DNA of 64,000 nucleotides from Acidobacteriota bacterium (lineage in GTDB: Bacteria; Acidobacteriota; Thermoanaerobaculia; UBA5066; Gp7-AA6). Positions 48,016 through 57,384 of the stretch are shown piece by piece. Both the position numbers and the translations under genes were made by a program. The stretch is taken from the NCBI GenBank assembly GCA_020199905.1, contig JAIVJS010000071.1:8668-72667 (forward strand), given 5' to 3'. The notes below the pieces were generated by a model that ran no database searches, was not told the DNA's origin, and saw only the letters and a program-made list of their open reading frames with translations. Positions within the stretch are counted from its first letter, which is position 1. Each line of letters begins with the position of its first letter.

Positions 48016-49182
48016 CTAGCCGGCGCTCTCCGTCTCCGTGCGGACCCGATCCCCTTCGCGAAGGTGTACCGCGGCCGGCGCCGCGACGAGCTTCTCTCCG
48101 CCCTGGAGGCCCGACGTGACTTCCACCTGGCCCTGCACTTCGCCCCCCGCCTGGACGGGAAGAAAGCGCGCCTTGCCTTCGACTACCCTGAAGACCCCGG
48201 TCTTTCCATCCGAGGCGGCGAGCGCGCTCTTCGGCACCAGGATCCTGGAACGGTGGATCTTTCCCGACGTCGGCTCCGACGTAAACGCCACGCGGGCGGA
48301 AAGGTCGGGCAGGATCTTCTCATCCCCGTCGTCGATCGCGACCTTGACGCGGACCGTCGCCTTCTGCCTGTCGGCCGCCGGGACGATCTGCCTCAGGTGA
48401 CCGTGGTAAGTCTTGTCGGGCACGGCATCGAGGGAGATCTCCGCCGGCTGGCTCGGCGCCAGGCGCGAGAGGTTGGATTCGTTGACGTCGGCGCCGACGT
48501 AGAGCGAGGAGAACTCGACGAGCGTCACGATCGCCCCTCCCGAGCCGCCGCCGGAGGGGGACGAGCCGAAAGGAGAGACCGCCTCCCCGACGAAGGCCCG
48601 CTTGGCGGTCACGACTCCCGCAAAAGGAGCCCGGATTTCCGTGTAGTCGAGGAGCGCCCGCACGTAGTCGACGCGCGCGCGCGTCGAGGATTCCTGGGCG
48701 ACGGCCGAATCGAGAACCGACTGGGGCGCCAGCCCTTCCGCCCTGAGCGACCTCTGCCGGGCGAGCTCAGCCCGCGCGTTGACCCAGGCCGCTCGGGCTT
48801 CGGAGAGCTGGGCGTCGATGTCGGTGTGATCCAGGCGGGCGACGACTTCTCCCTTCCGGACCCGCGAGCCCTCCGTGACGTTCAACTGGGTGATTCGGGA
48901 CGTGATCTTCGGCGACAGGTCCGCCTTGCGCTCCGCCTCCACGTACCCGGTCGCCGTGAGAACGGTCGTGGCCTGCCCTTCGGTGACGACGGAAGCGGTC
49001 ACGAGGTCGACCTTCTTCGGCCGCAGCGAGCGGCCGGCGAAGAAGTAGGCCGCTGCCCCGGCCGCCACGATCATGATCGCCCCGAGAAGCAGCCAGCCGC
49101 GGGCTCCGCCCGATTTCTCGGGCTCCCGGTGGATCCTCAGCGCGGAGAGGTCCGTCCCCGCACGGTCTCGTTCCTGGCTCAT
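48016..49182 (-). CDS. efflux periplasmic adaptor (MacA/HlyD family)
   Basis: N-terminal TM plus biotinyl-lipoyl-like and beta-barrel MFP domains. Confidence 0.85.
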   Translation of the reverse strand: MSQERDRAGTDLSALRIHREPEKSGGARGWLLLGAIMIVAAGAAAYFFAGRSLRPKKVDLVTASVVTEGQATTVLTATGYVEAERKADLSPKITSRITQLNVTEGSRVRKGEVVARLDHTDIDAQLSEARAAWVNARAELARQRSLRAEGLAPQSVLDSAVAQESSTRARVDYVRALLDYTEIRAPFAGVVTAKRAFVGEAVSPFGSSPSGGGSGGAIVTLVEFSSLYVGADVNESNLSRLAPSQPAEISLDAVPDKTYHGHLRQIVPAADRQKATVRVKVAIDDGDEKILPDLSARVAFTSEPTSGKIHRSRILVPKSALAASDGKTGVFRVVEGKARFLPVQAGGEVQGQVEVTSGLQGGEKLVAAPAAVHLREGDRVRTETESAG

Positions 49183-49290
49183 GACTCGGAGCCCGACATT
49201 CTATGTTGCTCGATCCCGGAAGTTCAGTGGACCGGCGGGTGCGTCCTCTCGAGTCGGGGGCGGGAGAGAGCCCGTATAATCGAGGGCTCC

Positions 49291-49866
49291 ATGCTGCGCT
49301 TGCGGCTCGCCGTCGCCGTGATCTTCGTCCTGGCGGCCGCCGCCGTCCCGCCCGGGGCGGGGGCAGCCGACTCCGCCGCCTCGCCGCTGTATCGCATCGA
49401 GACGGCCGGCCGAGCGGTTCTCTGGTCGCGTGACCGTCCGCTGCAGAGCGGGGACCAGGTGTCTTTCCACCAGCACCCCGGGGGCACGCTCGTCAGCATG
49501 CGCCGATCCGACATCGTGCGCGTATCGATCGAAAGAATGGTTTCGGCGCCATCCGCCTACATCGACGTCGGCGTCACGGGCGCGGGCCGGCGGGAGGCCG
49601 CCGCGCCCGCCGGCGGAAAGTCCGCCCCGACCGTCGGGAGGTCGGCGCGTAACGAGCCTCCCGGACCGGGCGCGCGGGCGGACGGAACGGCGCTCTTCAA
49701 TCCCGACCGCAAGTACCAGCCCGACATCGACTCCAAGCGCGTGCCGGGCCTGAGCACCGGAATGCCGAATTCCGCCAACGACTACCGCGAGGGACGGACC
49801 GTGGCGTATCCCGCCGCGCCGGCGACCCAGGCGGCGCCCGGCGAGCCACCGAAGGGGCCGCAGTAG
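49291..49866 (+). CDS. secreted protein with 'LYRIE...FHQHPGGTL' N-domain (paralogue of 40127..41059)
   Basis: Signal peptide plus shared ~50-aa N-terminal domain. Confidence 0.5.
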   Translation: MLRLRLAVAVIFVLAAAAVPPGAGAADSAASPLYRIETAGRAVLWSRDRPLQSGDQVSFHQHPGGTLVSMRRSDIVRVSIERMVSAPSAYIDVGVTGAGRREAAAPAGGKSAPTVGRSARNEPPGPGARADGTALFNPDRKYQPDIDSKRVPGLSTGMPNSANDYREGRTVAYPAAPATQAAPGEPPKGPQ

Positions 49867-49879
49867 CCGCGGGGAAGAA

Positions 49880-49975
49880 GGTCGATCGTCGAGCGTTCAG
49901 CGTTGAGCGTTCGTTGCGAAGACGGGGATTTCCCTGGGCTTGCTTTTCGGTCTGGACGCTCAACGCCTAACGCTG
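49880..49975. repeat. long inverted repeat built from (CGTTGAG/CGTTCAG)n heptamers; candidate bidirectional terminator
   Basis: 'cgagcgttcagcgttgagcgttcg' ... 'gacgctcaacgcctaacgctgaac', between convergent 49291..49866(+) and lpdA(-). Confidence 0.6.
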
Positions 49976-49988
49976 AACCGTCCCCGGC

Positions 49989-51395
49989 CTAAATGTGGAT
50001 TGCGTGCCCGGCTACGGCCTCCGCCGCCTCATGCATCGCTTCGGACAGCGTGGGGTGCGCGTGGATCGTTCGGACCAGCTCTTCCGACGTCGCCTCGAGG
50101 CGGAGGGCGGCGCCCGCCTCTGAGATGAGCTCGGTGGCCTTCGGGCCGATGATGTGGACGCCGAGCACCTCGTCGTATTTCTTCTCCGCCACGATCTTCA
50201 CGAAGCCCGCCGTCTCGTTGATGATCCGCGCCTTGCCGATCGCGGAGAAGGGGAACTTCCCGACCACGACGTCGTAGCCGCGCTCGCGTGCCTTCGCTTC
50301 CGTCAATCCGATCGAGCCGATCTCCGGCGAGCAGTACGTGCAACCGGGCACCTGGTCGTAATTCAACGGCGGAGGGTTCTTGCCCGCCAAGTGCTCGACC
50401 GCGACGATCCCTTCGGCGGAGGCCACGTGGGCGAGCCAGGCCGTCGGCACGACGTCTCCGATCGCGTAGATGCCCGAGACGTTCGTGCGCATCATTCCGT
50501 CGACGCGGATGTACCCGCGGTCAGTCGCGACTCCGGCGGCCTCGAGACCGATGCCCTCCGAGAGGGGCTTCCGGCCCACGGCCAGGAGCATCTTTTCGGC
50601 GCGGAACGTCTCCGTCTTTCCGCCTGAGGTTCGAGCGAGCACCTCGACGCCGTTGTCCATCTTCGTGACCTTCTCGACGCGCGTGTCCACGTAAACGGCG
50701 ATTCCCTGCCGCTTGAAGGAGGCGGCGAGCTCGCGGGAAATCTCCTCGTCCTCGACGGGCACGATTCGCGGCAGCACTTCGATGACGGTCGCCTTCGACC
50801 CGAAGCGGGCGAACATCGAAGCGAACTCGACACCGACGGCGCCGGAGCCGATCACCAGGAGGGACTTGGGCACTTCCGCGAGATCCAGGATGGAGTCGGA
50901 AGAAAGGATGGTGCGGTGGTCGATGTCGATCCCCGGAAGCGACCGGGGCGAGGAGCCGGTCGCCAAAAGGATGTTCTTCGCGCCGAACTCCGATTCCGAC
51001 CCGTCGGCCGCTTTGACCGCCACCCGCCCCGGCCCCGCGATCCGGCCGAATCCGGGCGTGACGTCGACGCGGTTCTTCTTCATGAGGTACGAGACGCCGT
51101 TGGAGCTCTGGCGGACCACCTTCTCCTTGTGTTTCTGCGCCCCCGCCATCTCGAGCTTGATCTCACGGGCCATGACCCCGATGTCGGCGCCGTGGCGTGC
51201 CTCCTCGAGGAGGTCGGCGGTGTGGAGGAGGGCCTTCGTCGGGATACATCCGCGCAGGGTGCAGACGCCGCCGAGTCTCGGCTCGAGCTCGATCACCTGC
51301 ACGGAGAGTCCGAGCTGCGCCGCCCGGATCGCGGCGACGTAGCCGCCGGGTCCGGAACCGATGATCGAAACGTCGTAAGTCTTCGATTCGTTCAT
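49989..51395 (-). CDS. lpdA: dihydrolipoyl dehydrogenase
   Basis: FAD motif 'GSGPGGY', redox-active 'GGVCTLRGCIPTK', C-terminal 'HAHPTLSE'. Confidence 0.9.
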   Translation of the reverse strand: MNESKTYDVSIIGSGPGGYVAAIRAAQLGLSVQVIELEPRLGGVCTLRGCIPTKALLHTADLLEEARHGADIGVMAREIKLEMAGAQKHKEKVVRQSSNGVSYLMKKNRVDVTPGFGRIAGPGRVAVKAADGSESEFGAKNILLATGSSPRSLPGIDIDHRTILSSDSILDLAEVPKSLLVIGSGAVGVEFASMFARFGSKATVIEVLPRIVPVEDEEISRELAASFKRQGIAVYVDTRVEKVTKMDNGVEVLARTSGGKTETFRAEKMLLAVGRKPLSEGIGLEAAGVATDRGYIRVDGMMRTNVSGIYAIGDVVPTAWLAHVASAEGIVAVEHLAGKNPPPLNYDQVPGCTYCSPEIGSIGLTEAKARERGYDVVVGKFPFSAIGKARIINETAGFVKIVAEKKYDEVLGVHIIGPKATELISEAGAALRLEATSEELVRTIHAHPTLSEAMHEAAEAVAGHAIHI

Positions 51396-51439
51396 GAATG
51401 GATCCTCATCCGAGGGCGGAGGTTATCAGCACTTGCCGA

Positions 51440-51632
51440 GGGCGAAGGGCGAAGGCGAAAGGCGAAAGACCCGGGGCGGGGGCACGGGCCGAAGGGCGCT
51501 CGGTTGAGCGGGGCCCGTCAATTCGAACCGATTTCGATCTGGGCTCTTCGTTTCCCGTTTCTCGTTTCCCGTTTCTCGTTTCCCGATTTCCGGGTCCTTC
51601 CGCCTACCCCCTCCCGCCTTCCGCCTCCCGTC
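51440..51632. repeat. composite heptamer repeat block: (GGCGAAG)n, (CGTTTCC/CGTTTCT)n, (CTCCCGC)n
   Basis: 'ggcgaagggcgaaggcgaaaggcgaaag', 'cgtttcccgtttctcgtttcccgtttctcgtttccc', 'ctcccgccttccgcctcccg'. Confidence 0.8.
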
Positions 51633-52178
51633 TCACGTGTCCACACCCTCACCCGGCGCGGTCGGGTCCGTCCTCAGGGCTTCGTTGAAACGGTTGAAGT
51701 AGGCGAAGAGTCCCACCACGCAGGCGATCTCGACCACCTCGCCCTCTTCGAAATGCCGGCGCAGCTCGGCGAACGTCGCGTCGGACACCTGGCTGGCGTT
51801 GCTGGTCATCTCGAGGCCGAAGCGCAGCGCCGCTTTTTCCCGCGGATCGAACGGTCCATTCTCGAAATCGAGCAGCTTCGCGATCTGATCCGGCGTCGCT
51901 CCCAGCCGCTCTGCCAGAGCGGTGTGCGAACGCGTTCAATAGTGGCAGGCGTTCGCGAGCGAGGTCTGAAGGGCGAGCAGCTCCTTCAGCTTCAGGGAAA
52001 CGGTGCCCGATCCCATCACGGCGGAGAAATGCGCGTCCATGGTGGAAAGGATCCAGGGCCGGTGCGCGAACACGCGGTACTGGTTCGGGATGTTTCCCCG
52101 CTCCGCGATCTTCCGTTCGAAGGCGTCGCGCGCCGCGCCCGACACCGCAGACCGTCCGACCCGGCTGATCCGCGCCAT
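51633..52178 (-). CDS. AhpD-like / carboxymuconolactone-decarboxylase-family peroxidase-related protein, candidate selenoprotein (in-frame UGA at 51936-51938)
   Basis: ORF 51936..52178 ends 'SLANACHY' at a TGA. The same frame continues 'TRSHTALAERLGATPDQIAKLL...DPREKAALRFGLEMT...' to a stop at about 51633. Together these give the CMD-family active site C-x-x-[U]-x-x-x-H. Confidence 0.65.
51895..51932 (-). promoter_or_regulatory. candidate bacterial SECIS hairpin immediately 3' of the in-frame UGA
   Basis: mRNA: UGA-acg-cgUUCGCacaCCGCUCuggcaGAGCGGcugggaGCGAc. A 6-bp upper stem with 5-nt loop on a 4-bp lower stem, starting about 5-13 nt after UGA. Confidence 0.45.
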
Positions 52179-52189
52179 GGGAGAACGCT

Positions 52190-52346
52190 ATCAGAGGCCG
52201 GGAGCCGCGCGACCAGCGGGAGCGAGACGGCCGCGGTACTCCGCCGTCAACTCGATCGGGGACGGGAAACGGGAACGGGAAACGACGGGAGATACGTCGT
52301 CATGCCGTTCCGCGTTCGCCCTTCGCCTCCCGCCTCCCGCCTCCCG
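52190..52346 (-). repeat. dispersed ~80-bp repeat copy E (inverted orientation) followed by (GGGAAAC)n and (CTCCCGC)n heptamer arrays
   Basis: Minus strand reads 'gagttgacggcggagtaccgcggccgtctcgctcccgctggtcgcgcggctccc'. 52262-52346 holds 'gggaaacgggaacgggaaacg' and 'cgcctcccgcctcccgcctcccgcc'. Confidence 0.8.
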
Positions 52347-52367
52347 CCCAGTTAGAATGCATCCCCT

Positions 52368-53501
52368 ATGCGAAGCCCTTCCTGGAGGCGGCTCCTCCTT
52401 CTCACGGCCGCGTTTGCGGCCGCCTGCGGCGGGGAGCAATCCACCGGCACGCAGGGAATCAAGATTGGCTTCTTCGGCGCGCTGACGGGGCCGCAGGCGA
52501 CGTTCGCGCTCTCCGGGAAAAACGGGGCGAAGCTCGCGATCGACGAGATCAACGCGAAGGGGGGCGTGCTCGGCAAGAAGCTCGAGATGCTCTCCGAAGA
52601 CGACCGCAACGAGCCGTCGGAGGCCGCGTCGGCAGTATCGAAGCTCATCACGCGCAACCACGTCGTCGCCCTGATCGGCGAAAACGCGTCGTCCCGCTCC
52701 CTCGCGGCGGCGCCGATCGCGCAGTCGTATCAGGTTCCGATGGTCTCTCCCTCGTCCACCAACGTCGAGGTGACGAAGAAGGGCGACTACATCTTCCGCG
52801 TCTGCTTCATCGACCCGAGCCAGGGAAAGGCTCTCGCCGTGTTTGCCCGGCAGAACCTGAAGGCGGAGACGGCGTCGATTCTCATCGACTCGAAAAGCGA
52901 CTACAGCGTGGGTCTCGCGGAGGCGTTCCGAACGTCGTTCACGGGACAGGGCGGGCGGGTTCTCTCGGAGGTCAAGTACGCCGAGGGAGACAGCGACTTC
53001 AGCGCCCAGCTCACTTCGATCGATCCAGGCAAGCCGGACGTGCTGTTCGTCCCCGGGTACTATACCGACGCGGGGCTGATCGCCCGGCAGGCCCGGGGCC
53101 TCGGGATGAAGGCCGTGCTTCTCGGGGCCGACGGCTGGGATTCGCCGAAGCTGGCCGAGATCGGTGGCGCGGCCGTCGAAGGCGCGTACTTCTCCAATCA
53201 TTATTCGGTGGACGATCCCGCGCCGGCCGTTCGGGCTTTCGTGGAGGTCTACAGGAAGACTTACGGCTCCGAGCCGGACTCGATCGCCGCGAGCTCCTAC
53301 GACGCGGCGGGCGTCATCGTCGACGCGATCCGCCGCGCGGGCTCGACCGAAGGCAAGCGCCTGCGCGATGCCCTGGCGGCGACCAAAGACTTCCCGGGCG
53401 TGACCGGAACCATCACCATGGACGCGGACCGGAATCCGACGAAGCTGCCGGTCATCCTGAAAGTGGAGAACGGCCGGACGAAGTTCGCCGCGAGGCCGTA
53501 G
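52368..53501 (+). CDS. ABC transporter substrate-binding lipoprotein, Liv/branched-chain amino acid (PBP type I) family
   Basis: Lipobox 'AAACGG'. Type I periplasmic binding fold ('KIGFFGALTGPQA', 'VVALIGENASS'). Confidence 0.85.
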   Translation: MRSPSWRRLLLLTAAFAAACGGEQSTGTQGIKIGFFGALTGPQATFALSGKNGAKLAIDEINAKGGVLGKKLEMLSEDDRNEPSEAASAVSKLITRNHVVALIGENASSRSLAAAPIAQSYQVPMVSPSSTNVEVTKKGDYIFRVCFIDPSQGKALAVFARQNLKAETASILIDSKSDYSVGLAEAFRTSFTGQGGRVLSEVKYAEGDSDFSAQLTSIDPGKPDVLFVPGYYTDAGLIARQARGLGMKAVLLGADGWDSPKLAEIGGAAVEGAYFSNHYSVDDPAPAVRAFVEVYRKTYGSEPDSIAASSYDAAGVIVDAIRRAGSTEGKRLRDALAATKDFPGVTGTITMDADRNPTKLPVILKVENGRTKFAARP

Positions 53502-53580
53502 AAGCTGTCAGCCATCAGCTCTCAGCTGTCAGCATGAGAAAAGCCGCTCGACTGAGAGCTGAAAGCTGAGAGCTCAGAGC
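53500..53580. repeat. (CTGTCAG/CTCTCAG)n heptamer array forming a long imperfect palindrome; candidate bidirectional terminator
   Basis: 'gctgtcagccatcagctctcagctgtcagc' ... 'gctgagagctgaaagctgagagctcagagc' between convergent genes. Confidence 0.6.
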
Positions 53581-54224
53581 TACTTTCCCTCGATCACGAA
53601 CTCGTCGAAGGTCATGATCCCGGGTCCGGCGGTCCCGATTCCCGCCCGGCCGGCGGCCGGGGCCGTATCCTGCGCCTCGAAGAGAGGCTTGCCTTCCCAG
53701 GCGGCGGCCACCCGCGGTCCGGACAGCTCGACGGTCAGAACTCCCCACTCCCGCGGCGTTTCCGAGGTGGCCCGGGCGAGCTCCGTCGTCCTGCCGGCCC
53801 GCGACTGGAGGAGCCGCGCCTGACCGGTCACCGGGTCGATCAGCACGGCCAGGTAGTTCTTCTCGTCCGCCAGACGAAAGACGATTCCTCCGGTGCCCGA
53901 AAGCTTCTTGATTCCCAGGGACAGAGTCCCGTCGCGGAGCGTTACGCTGCGCCGCAGCGCGGCGCCGATCGACTCCGTGGGACGCGACGAAACGACCTGG
54001 CTGATCGCGTTCGGGGCCGAGGGCGGATTGAATTCCGCGACCACCTTCCACGACGTTTCGCCCGGAGCGCCGAGCGCCACGAAATCGAAGAAGGCGGGCT
54101 CGCGCATGACGGCGTCCGAGTCGAAATGATTCCGGAGCTTCTCCCCCGGGGCGGCGGCCGGCAGGAGGCTCATCAGGGCAAGAGCCAGCGCGCCCGGCCA
54201 GAGAAATCGGCTGTGTCGCTCCAT
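53580..54224 (-). CDS. secreted hypothetical protein (possible DUF1080/lectin-like beta-sandwich)
   Basis: Signal peptide 'MERHSRFLWPGALALALMSLLPAAA'. No catalytic motifs recognised. Confidence 0.5.
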   Translation of the reverse strand: MERHSRFLWPGALALALMSLLPAAAPGEKLRNHFDSDAVMREPAFFDFVALGAPGETSWKVVAEFNPPSAPNAISQVVSSRPTESIGAALRRSVTLRDGTLSLGIKKLSGTGGIVFRLADEKNYLAVLIDPVTGQARLLQSRAGRTTELARATSETPREWGVLTVELSGPRVAAAWEGKPLFEAQDTAPAAGRAGIGTAGPGIMTFDEFVIEGK

Positions 54225-54264
54225 TCTGGCGGACAAACAAGCGAGTTGTCCTAATATTCCCCCC

Positions 54265-54543
54265 GTGCCACAAACCAGACGCTCCTACGCCGCCGAGTAC
54301 GAAGGATTCCGGTTCCGCATGGAGCCGGACGACGTTTCCACGCTGAAGGCCCTTCCGGATTTCGAGGGCCGTGAAGAGCCGGCCGTCGCGGAGGACTTTC
54401 TACGCGCTCATGCGGAGAAGTGGTCCGACGCGCTGACCGCCGCCGGCGCGCATCCGGGCGAATTCGCCGTCAGCCTGGATACCCATCAACGCCGGGCGCG
54501 TCTGCTCCAGGGGCCGACCGTGATCTTCATCGCGGAGATCTGA
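54265..54543 (+). CDS. small hypothetical protein (domain shared with C-terminus of 54655..55365)
   Basis: 'YEGFRFRMEPDDVSTLKALPDF' resembles 'YRESGGYRMRLEPADLTRLRELPGS' in the neighbouring gene. Confidence 0.45.
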   Translation: MPQTRRSYAAEYEGFRFRMEPDDVSTLKALPDFEGREEPAVAEDFLRAHAEKWSDALTAAGAHPGEFAVSLDTHQRRARLLQGPTVIFIAEI

Positions 54544-54548
54544 AGCAG

Positions 54549-54607
54549 GCTGTCAGCCGTCAGCTGTCAGCCGTCAGCTCTCAGCTCTCACCTCTCAGCT
54601 CTGAGGC
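54549..54607. repeat. heptanucleotide microsatellite (NNTCAGC)x8
   Basis: 'ctgtcagccgtcagctgtcagccgtcagctctcagctctcacctctcagctctgagg'. Confidence 0.8.
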
Positions 54608-54654
54608 GATCGCGTTTCTAAGCCCGTACCCGTTTCGCCGTTCGCCGACTCTCT

Positions 54655-55365
54655 TCAAAAACTCAGGATCGAGCGAATCTTCTTCTCGACGGCGAGAAAG
54701 GCCTGCCGCGAGTACGGGTCCACCACGACGCGCACGTCGGCCGGCGCCGGAACGTCTTCCGCGAGGGAGGCGGTGAAACGATCCGTCTGGCCGTCGAAGA
54801 AGGTTTCCCCGAGCTCGCGATCGGTCTTTCCCTTCGACCCGGGGAGCTCCCGCAGCCGCGTCAGATCCGCGGGCTCGAGTCGCATCCGATAGCCCCCGGA
54901 CTCGCGATACACGGGCTCGCTCGACGCGATCAGATCGGGACGCGGCCCTCGCGGAGCCCGCGGGCGGTCCTCGCGCCGGCGCGGCTGTCCCGCGGCCGGT
55001 GCGTCCGACGGGCGCGCCGGTGTCTCCACGAGCGCTGTCGCGGGCGCCGGAGCCGCCGGCCCCGGCGCGGACGGGGGCAGGGCGGAAGGAAAAGGCGGCT
55101 GGAGCGCGGGAGACGCGGCAGATCGGGCGTCCGGGGCCCGGCCGGGGCCTGGCTCCAGGAACGGCACTCGTTCGGGAGCCGGAGCGGCCGCGGCCGCTGG
55201 CTCCGCGATGGCGGATGCGTTCGGATTGGACGAGTCGCGCGGGAGCTCGGGAAAGGCGGTCGGAGCGGATTCCGGCACGGGCACGGGCGCGGCCATGGAG
55301 GGGGCGGCCGTTTCCTCCGCGGCGGCGGGAGCCGGAACGGGAGGGAAAACGGGCTCGTCCGTCAT
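54655..55365 (-). CDS. Pro/Ala-rich protein with conserved C-terminal domain, translationally coupled to acyl-CoA dehydrogenase
   Basis: ATG overlaps the ACAD stop (ATGA). N-terminal about 150 aa is Pro/Ala low complexity. C-terminus is paralogous to 54265..54543. Confidence 0.5.
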   Translation of the reverse strand: MTDEPVFPPVPAPAAAEETAAPSMAAPVPVPESAPTAFPELPRDSSNPNASAIAEPAAAAAPAPERVPFLEPGPGRAPDARSAASPALQPPFPSALPPSAPGPAAPAPATALVETPARPSDAPAAGQPRRREDRPRAPRGPRPDLIASSEPVYRESGGYRMRLEPADLTRLRELPGSKGKTDRELGETFFDGQTDRFTASLAEDVPAPADVRVVVDPYSRQAFLAVEKKIRSILSF

Positions 55366-56510
55366 GCTTCCGCCAGGACGTTTTTCGAGATCACGATCCG
55401 CTGAATCTCGCTCGTCCCCTCGTAAATCGTCGTGACGCGCGCATCGCGATAGAAGCGCTCGACCGGGTATTCGCGGGAGTACCCGTAGCCTCCGAAAATC
55501 TGCACCGCTCGCGCGGCGATCGTGTTGGCGGCTTCCGTGGCGAAAACCTTCGCCATCGACGCCTCCTTGGAAAACCTCACGCCGGGCTTCTCGGACAGGA
55601 GCGCGGCCCGGTAAGTCAGGAGCCGGGCTGCGTCGATCTGGACCTTCATGTCGGCAATCTGGAACGCGATGATCTCGTGCTCCGCGAGCTTCCGGCCGAA
55701 CGTCTCCCGGGTCTTCGCGTACTCCGTCGAGGCGTCGTAGCACGCGCGGGCGATCCCCACGCCCTGCGCGGCGATGCCGATCCTGGAATGGTCGAGCGTC
55801 GTCATCGCGATACGAAATCCGTCTCCCTCGGCCCCGAGGCGGCGCGACTCGGACAGCCGCAGATCTTCGAGATAGATCGACGCGGTCTTCGATGATCGGA
55901 GACCCATCTTGTCCTCGGGCGGCCCGATGCGAAGTCCCTCGTCGGCGGCGGAGACGAGAAACCCGGTGATACCCCGGGTGCCGGCGGCCGGGTCCGTCAT
56001 CGCCATGACGAGATACCACCCCGCTTCTCCGGCGTTCGTGATCCATGCCTTGGATCCGTTCAAGACGTATCCGTTCCCGTCGCGGATCGCGCGGGTTTTC
56101 TGGTTGGCGGCGTCCGAGCCGGACTGCGGCTCCGTGAGGGCGTACGCTCCCAGGCTCTTTCCCGACGCGACCTCCGAGAGGATCGTCTTCTTCTGCTCGT
56201 CGGAGCCGTACTTCCAGACCGGGAAGCAGAAGACGGAATTCGTGACCGACACGATCACGGCCACCGACGCGCAGACGCGCGCGAGCTCCTCGATCACGAG
56301 GATGTAGGAGAGCGCATCGGCGGCGGACCCGCCGTACTCCTCGGGCACCATCATCCCGAGAATGCCGAGCCCGGCCAGAGAGTCGATGACCGCGCGCGGG
56401 AATTCTTCCTTTCGCTCGCGCTCGGCGACGCCGGGAGCGATCTCCGTCGCGGCGAACTCCGCGACGACGTCGCGAATCCGCTTCTGGTCCTCGGTCAGGT
56501 CGAAGTTCAC
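55362..56510 (-). CDS. acyl-CoA dehydrogenase
   Basis: Full-length ACAD ('MNFDLTEDQ...', 'YALTEPQSGSDA', 'GGYGYSREYPVERFYRDARVTTIYEGTSEIQ'). Confidence 0.9.
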   Translation of the reverse strand: MNFDLTEDQKRIRDVVAEFAATEIAPGVAERERKEEFPRAVIDSLAGLGILGMMVPEEYGGSAADALSYILVIEELARVCASVAVIVSVTNSVFCFPVWKYGSDEQKKTILSEVASGKSLGAYALTEPQSGSDAANQKTRAIRDGNGYVLNGSKAWITNAGEAGWYLVMAMTDPAAGTRGITGFLVSAADEGLRIGPPEDKMGLRSSKTASIYLEDLRLSESRRLGAEGDGFRIAMTTLDHSRIGIAAQGVGIARACYDASTEYAKTRETFGRKLAEHEIIAFQIADMKVQIDAARLLTYRAALLSEKPGVRFSKEASMAKVFATEAANTIAARAVQIFGGYGYSREYPVERFYRDARVTTIYEGTSEIQRIVISKNVLAEA

Positions 56511-57379
56511 GGTTTGGACCCGCCGTGAGGCGCGGCCGGTCCGGCGCCCGGACCCGGACCCGCCGGACCCGCGTTCCCACCGGCCCCCCCGCGCCCGCGC
56601 CTCCGTCGGCGCGAACGGCGTCTGCGCCCGCCCGCGCCCGGTGCCGGCGCTCCCGGGGCGCCCGCGGCGTCCTCGGCCGTCAGCGCCGCGCCCGGCCGGA
56701 GGGGCGGTCTGCCCGGCCCGGCCGCTGGCGGAACGGGCGGCCGAGGCTCACGCGATGGCGCGGCGGCCGAGGCGCCGCCGCGTTCGCGCTCCGGCCGGTT
56801 CGGCGGACGCGTTCCGCGGGCTCCGTCTCTGCGCTGTCCGCCTCCACCCCCGCGTCCGGAGGCCGGGCGGCCTTCACCGGCCGGCTCGCGAGGCGGCGCA
56901 GCGCGGCCCGCTCCGCGGGCGGGCTCGCGCCCACCCGCCGGCGTCTCCCGCGCCCCGCCGCGCCCTTCGCGGCCTCCGCGGCGTCCCCGCCGCTTCTCCT
57001 TGCGGGGCTCCGGGGTGTCCACCCAGCCGTCCTCGAGGTGGCGAAACGTCACGACGATCTCCGTGCGGGCGGCGCGGGCCTGGAGAAACGCCAGTACCCG
57101 CGATCGCAGCGGCGAGATCGGGTTCTCGACCAGGGAGGGGAGCCGCTCGGCGTCGAAGAGCACCATGCGCGTCCACCCGACGGTCTTCTTCCGCCCGTCG
57201 GCGGCCTCGAGAGTCATGACGAAGAGGTCGCGCTCGTGATCGAGGCCATGCTCCCGATAGGTGAAGTCCGGGAACGCCTCGCGGCAGAGGCCCTTCAGGA
57301 ACTCGAGGTTCTTCTCTCCCCCCTCGAGGGTCTGTTCCATCGAGACCACGCGGTCCCGAAACATCCGTGTCTGCGGCAT
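56507..57379 (-). CDS. protein with ~110-aa N-terminal domain and ~180-aa Arg/Gly/Pro-rich disordered tail, coupled to ACAD genes
   Basis: 'MPQTRMFRDRVVSMEQTLEGG...' followed by an RG/RGG/PG-rich tail. Stop overlaps the ACAD ATG. Confidence 0.45.
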   Translation of the reverse strand: MPQTRMFRDRVVSMEQTLEGGEKNLEFLKGLCREAFPDFTYREHGLDHERDLFVMTLEAADGRKKTVGWTRMVLFDAERLPSLVENPISPLRSRVLAFLQARAARTEIVVTFRHLEDGWVDTPEPRKEKRRGRRGGREGRGGARETPAGGREPARGAGRAAPPREPAGEGRPASGRGGGGGQRRDGARGTRPPNRPERERGGASAAAPSREPRPPVPPAAGPGRPPLRPGAALTAEDAAGAPGAPAPGAGGRRRRSRRRRRGRGGAGGNAGPAGPGPGAGPAAPHGGSKP

Positions 57380-57384
57380 GCGGG

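Noticed and set aside
51649-51939. 96-aa minus ORF 'MNAFAHRSG...'
   Set aside because: Wrong frame over the 3' half of the AhpD-like gene. The correct frame is the one continuing through the UGA.
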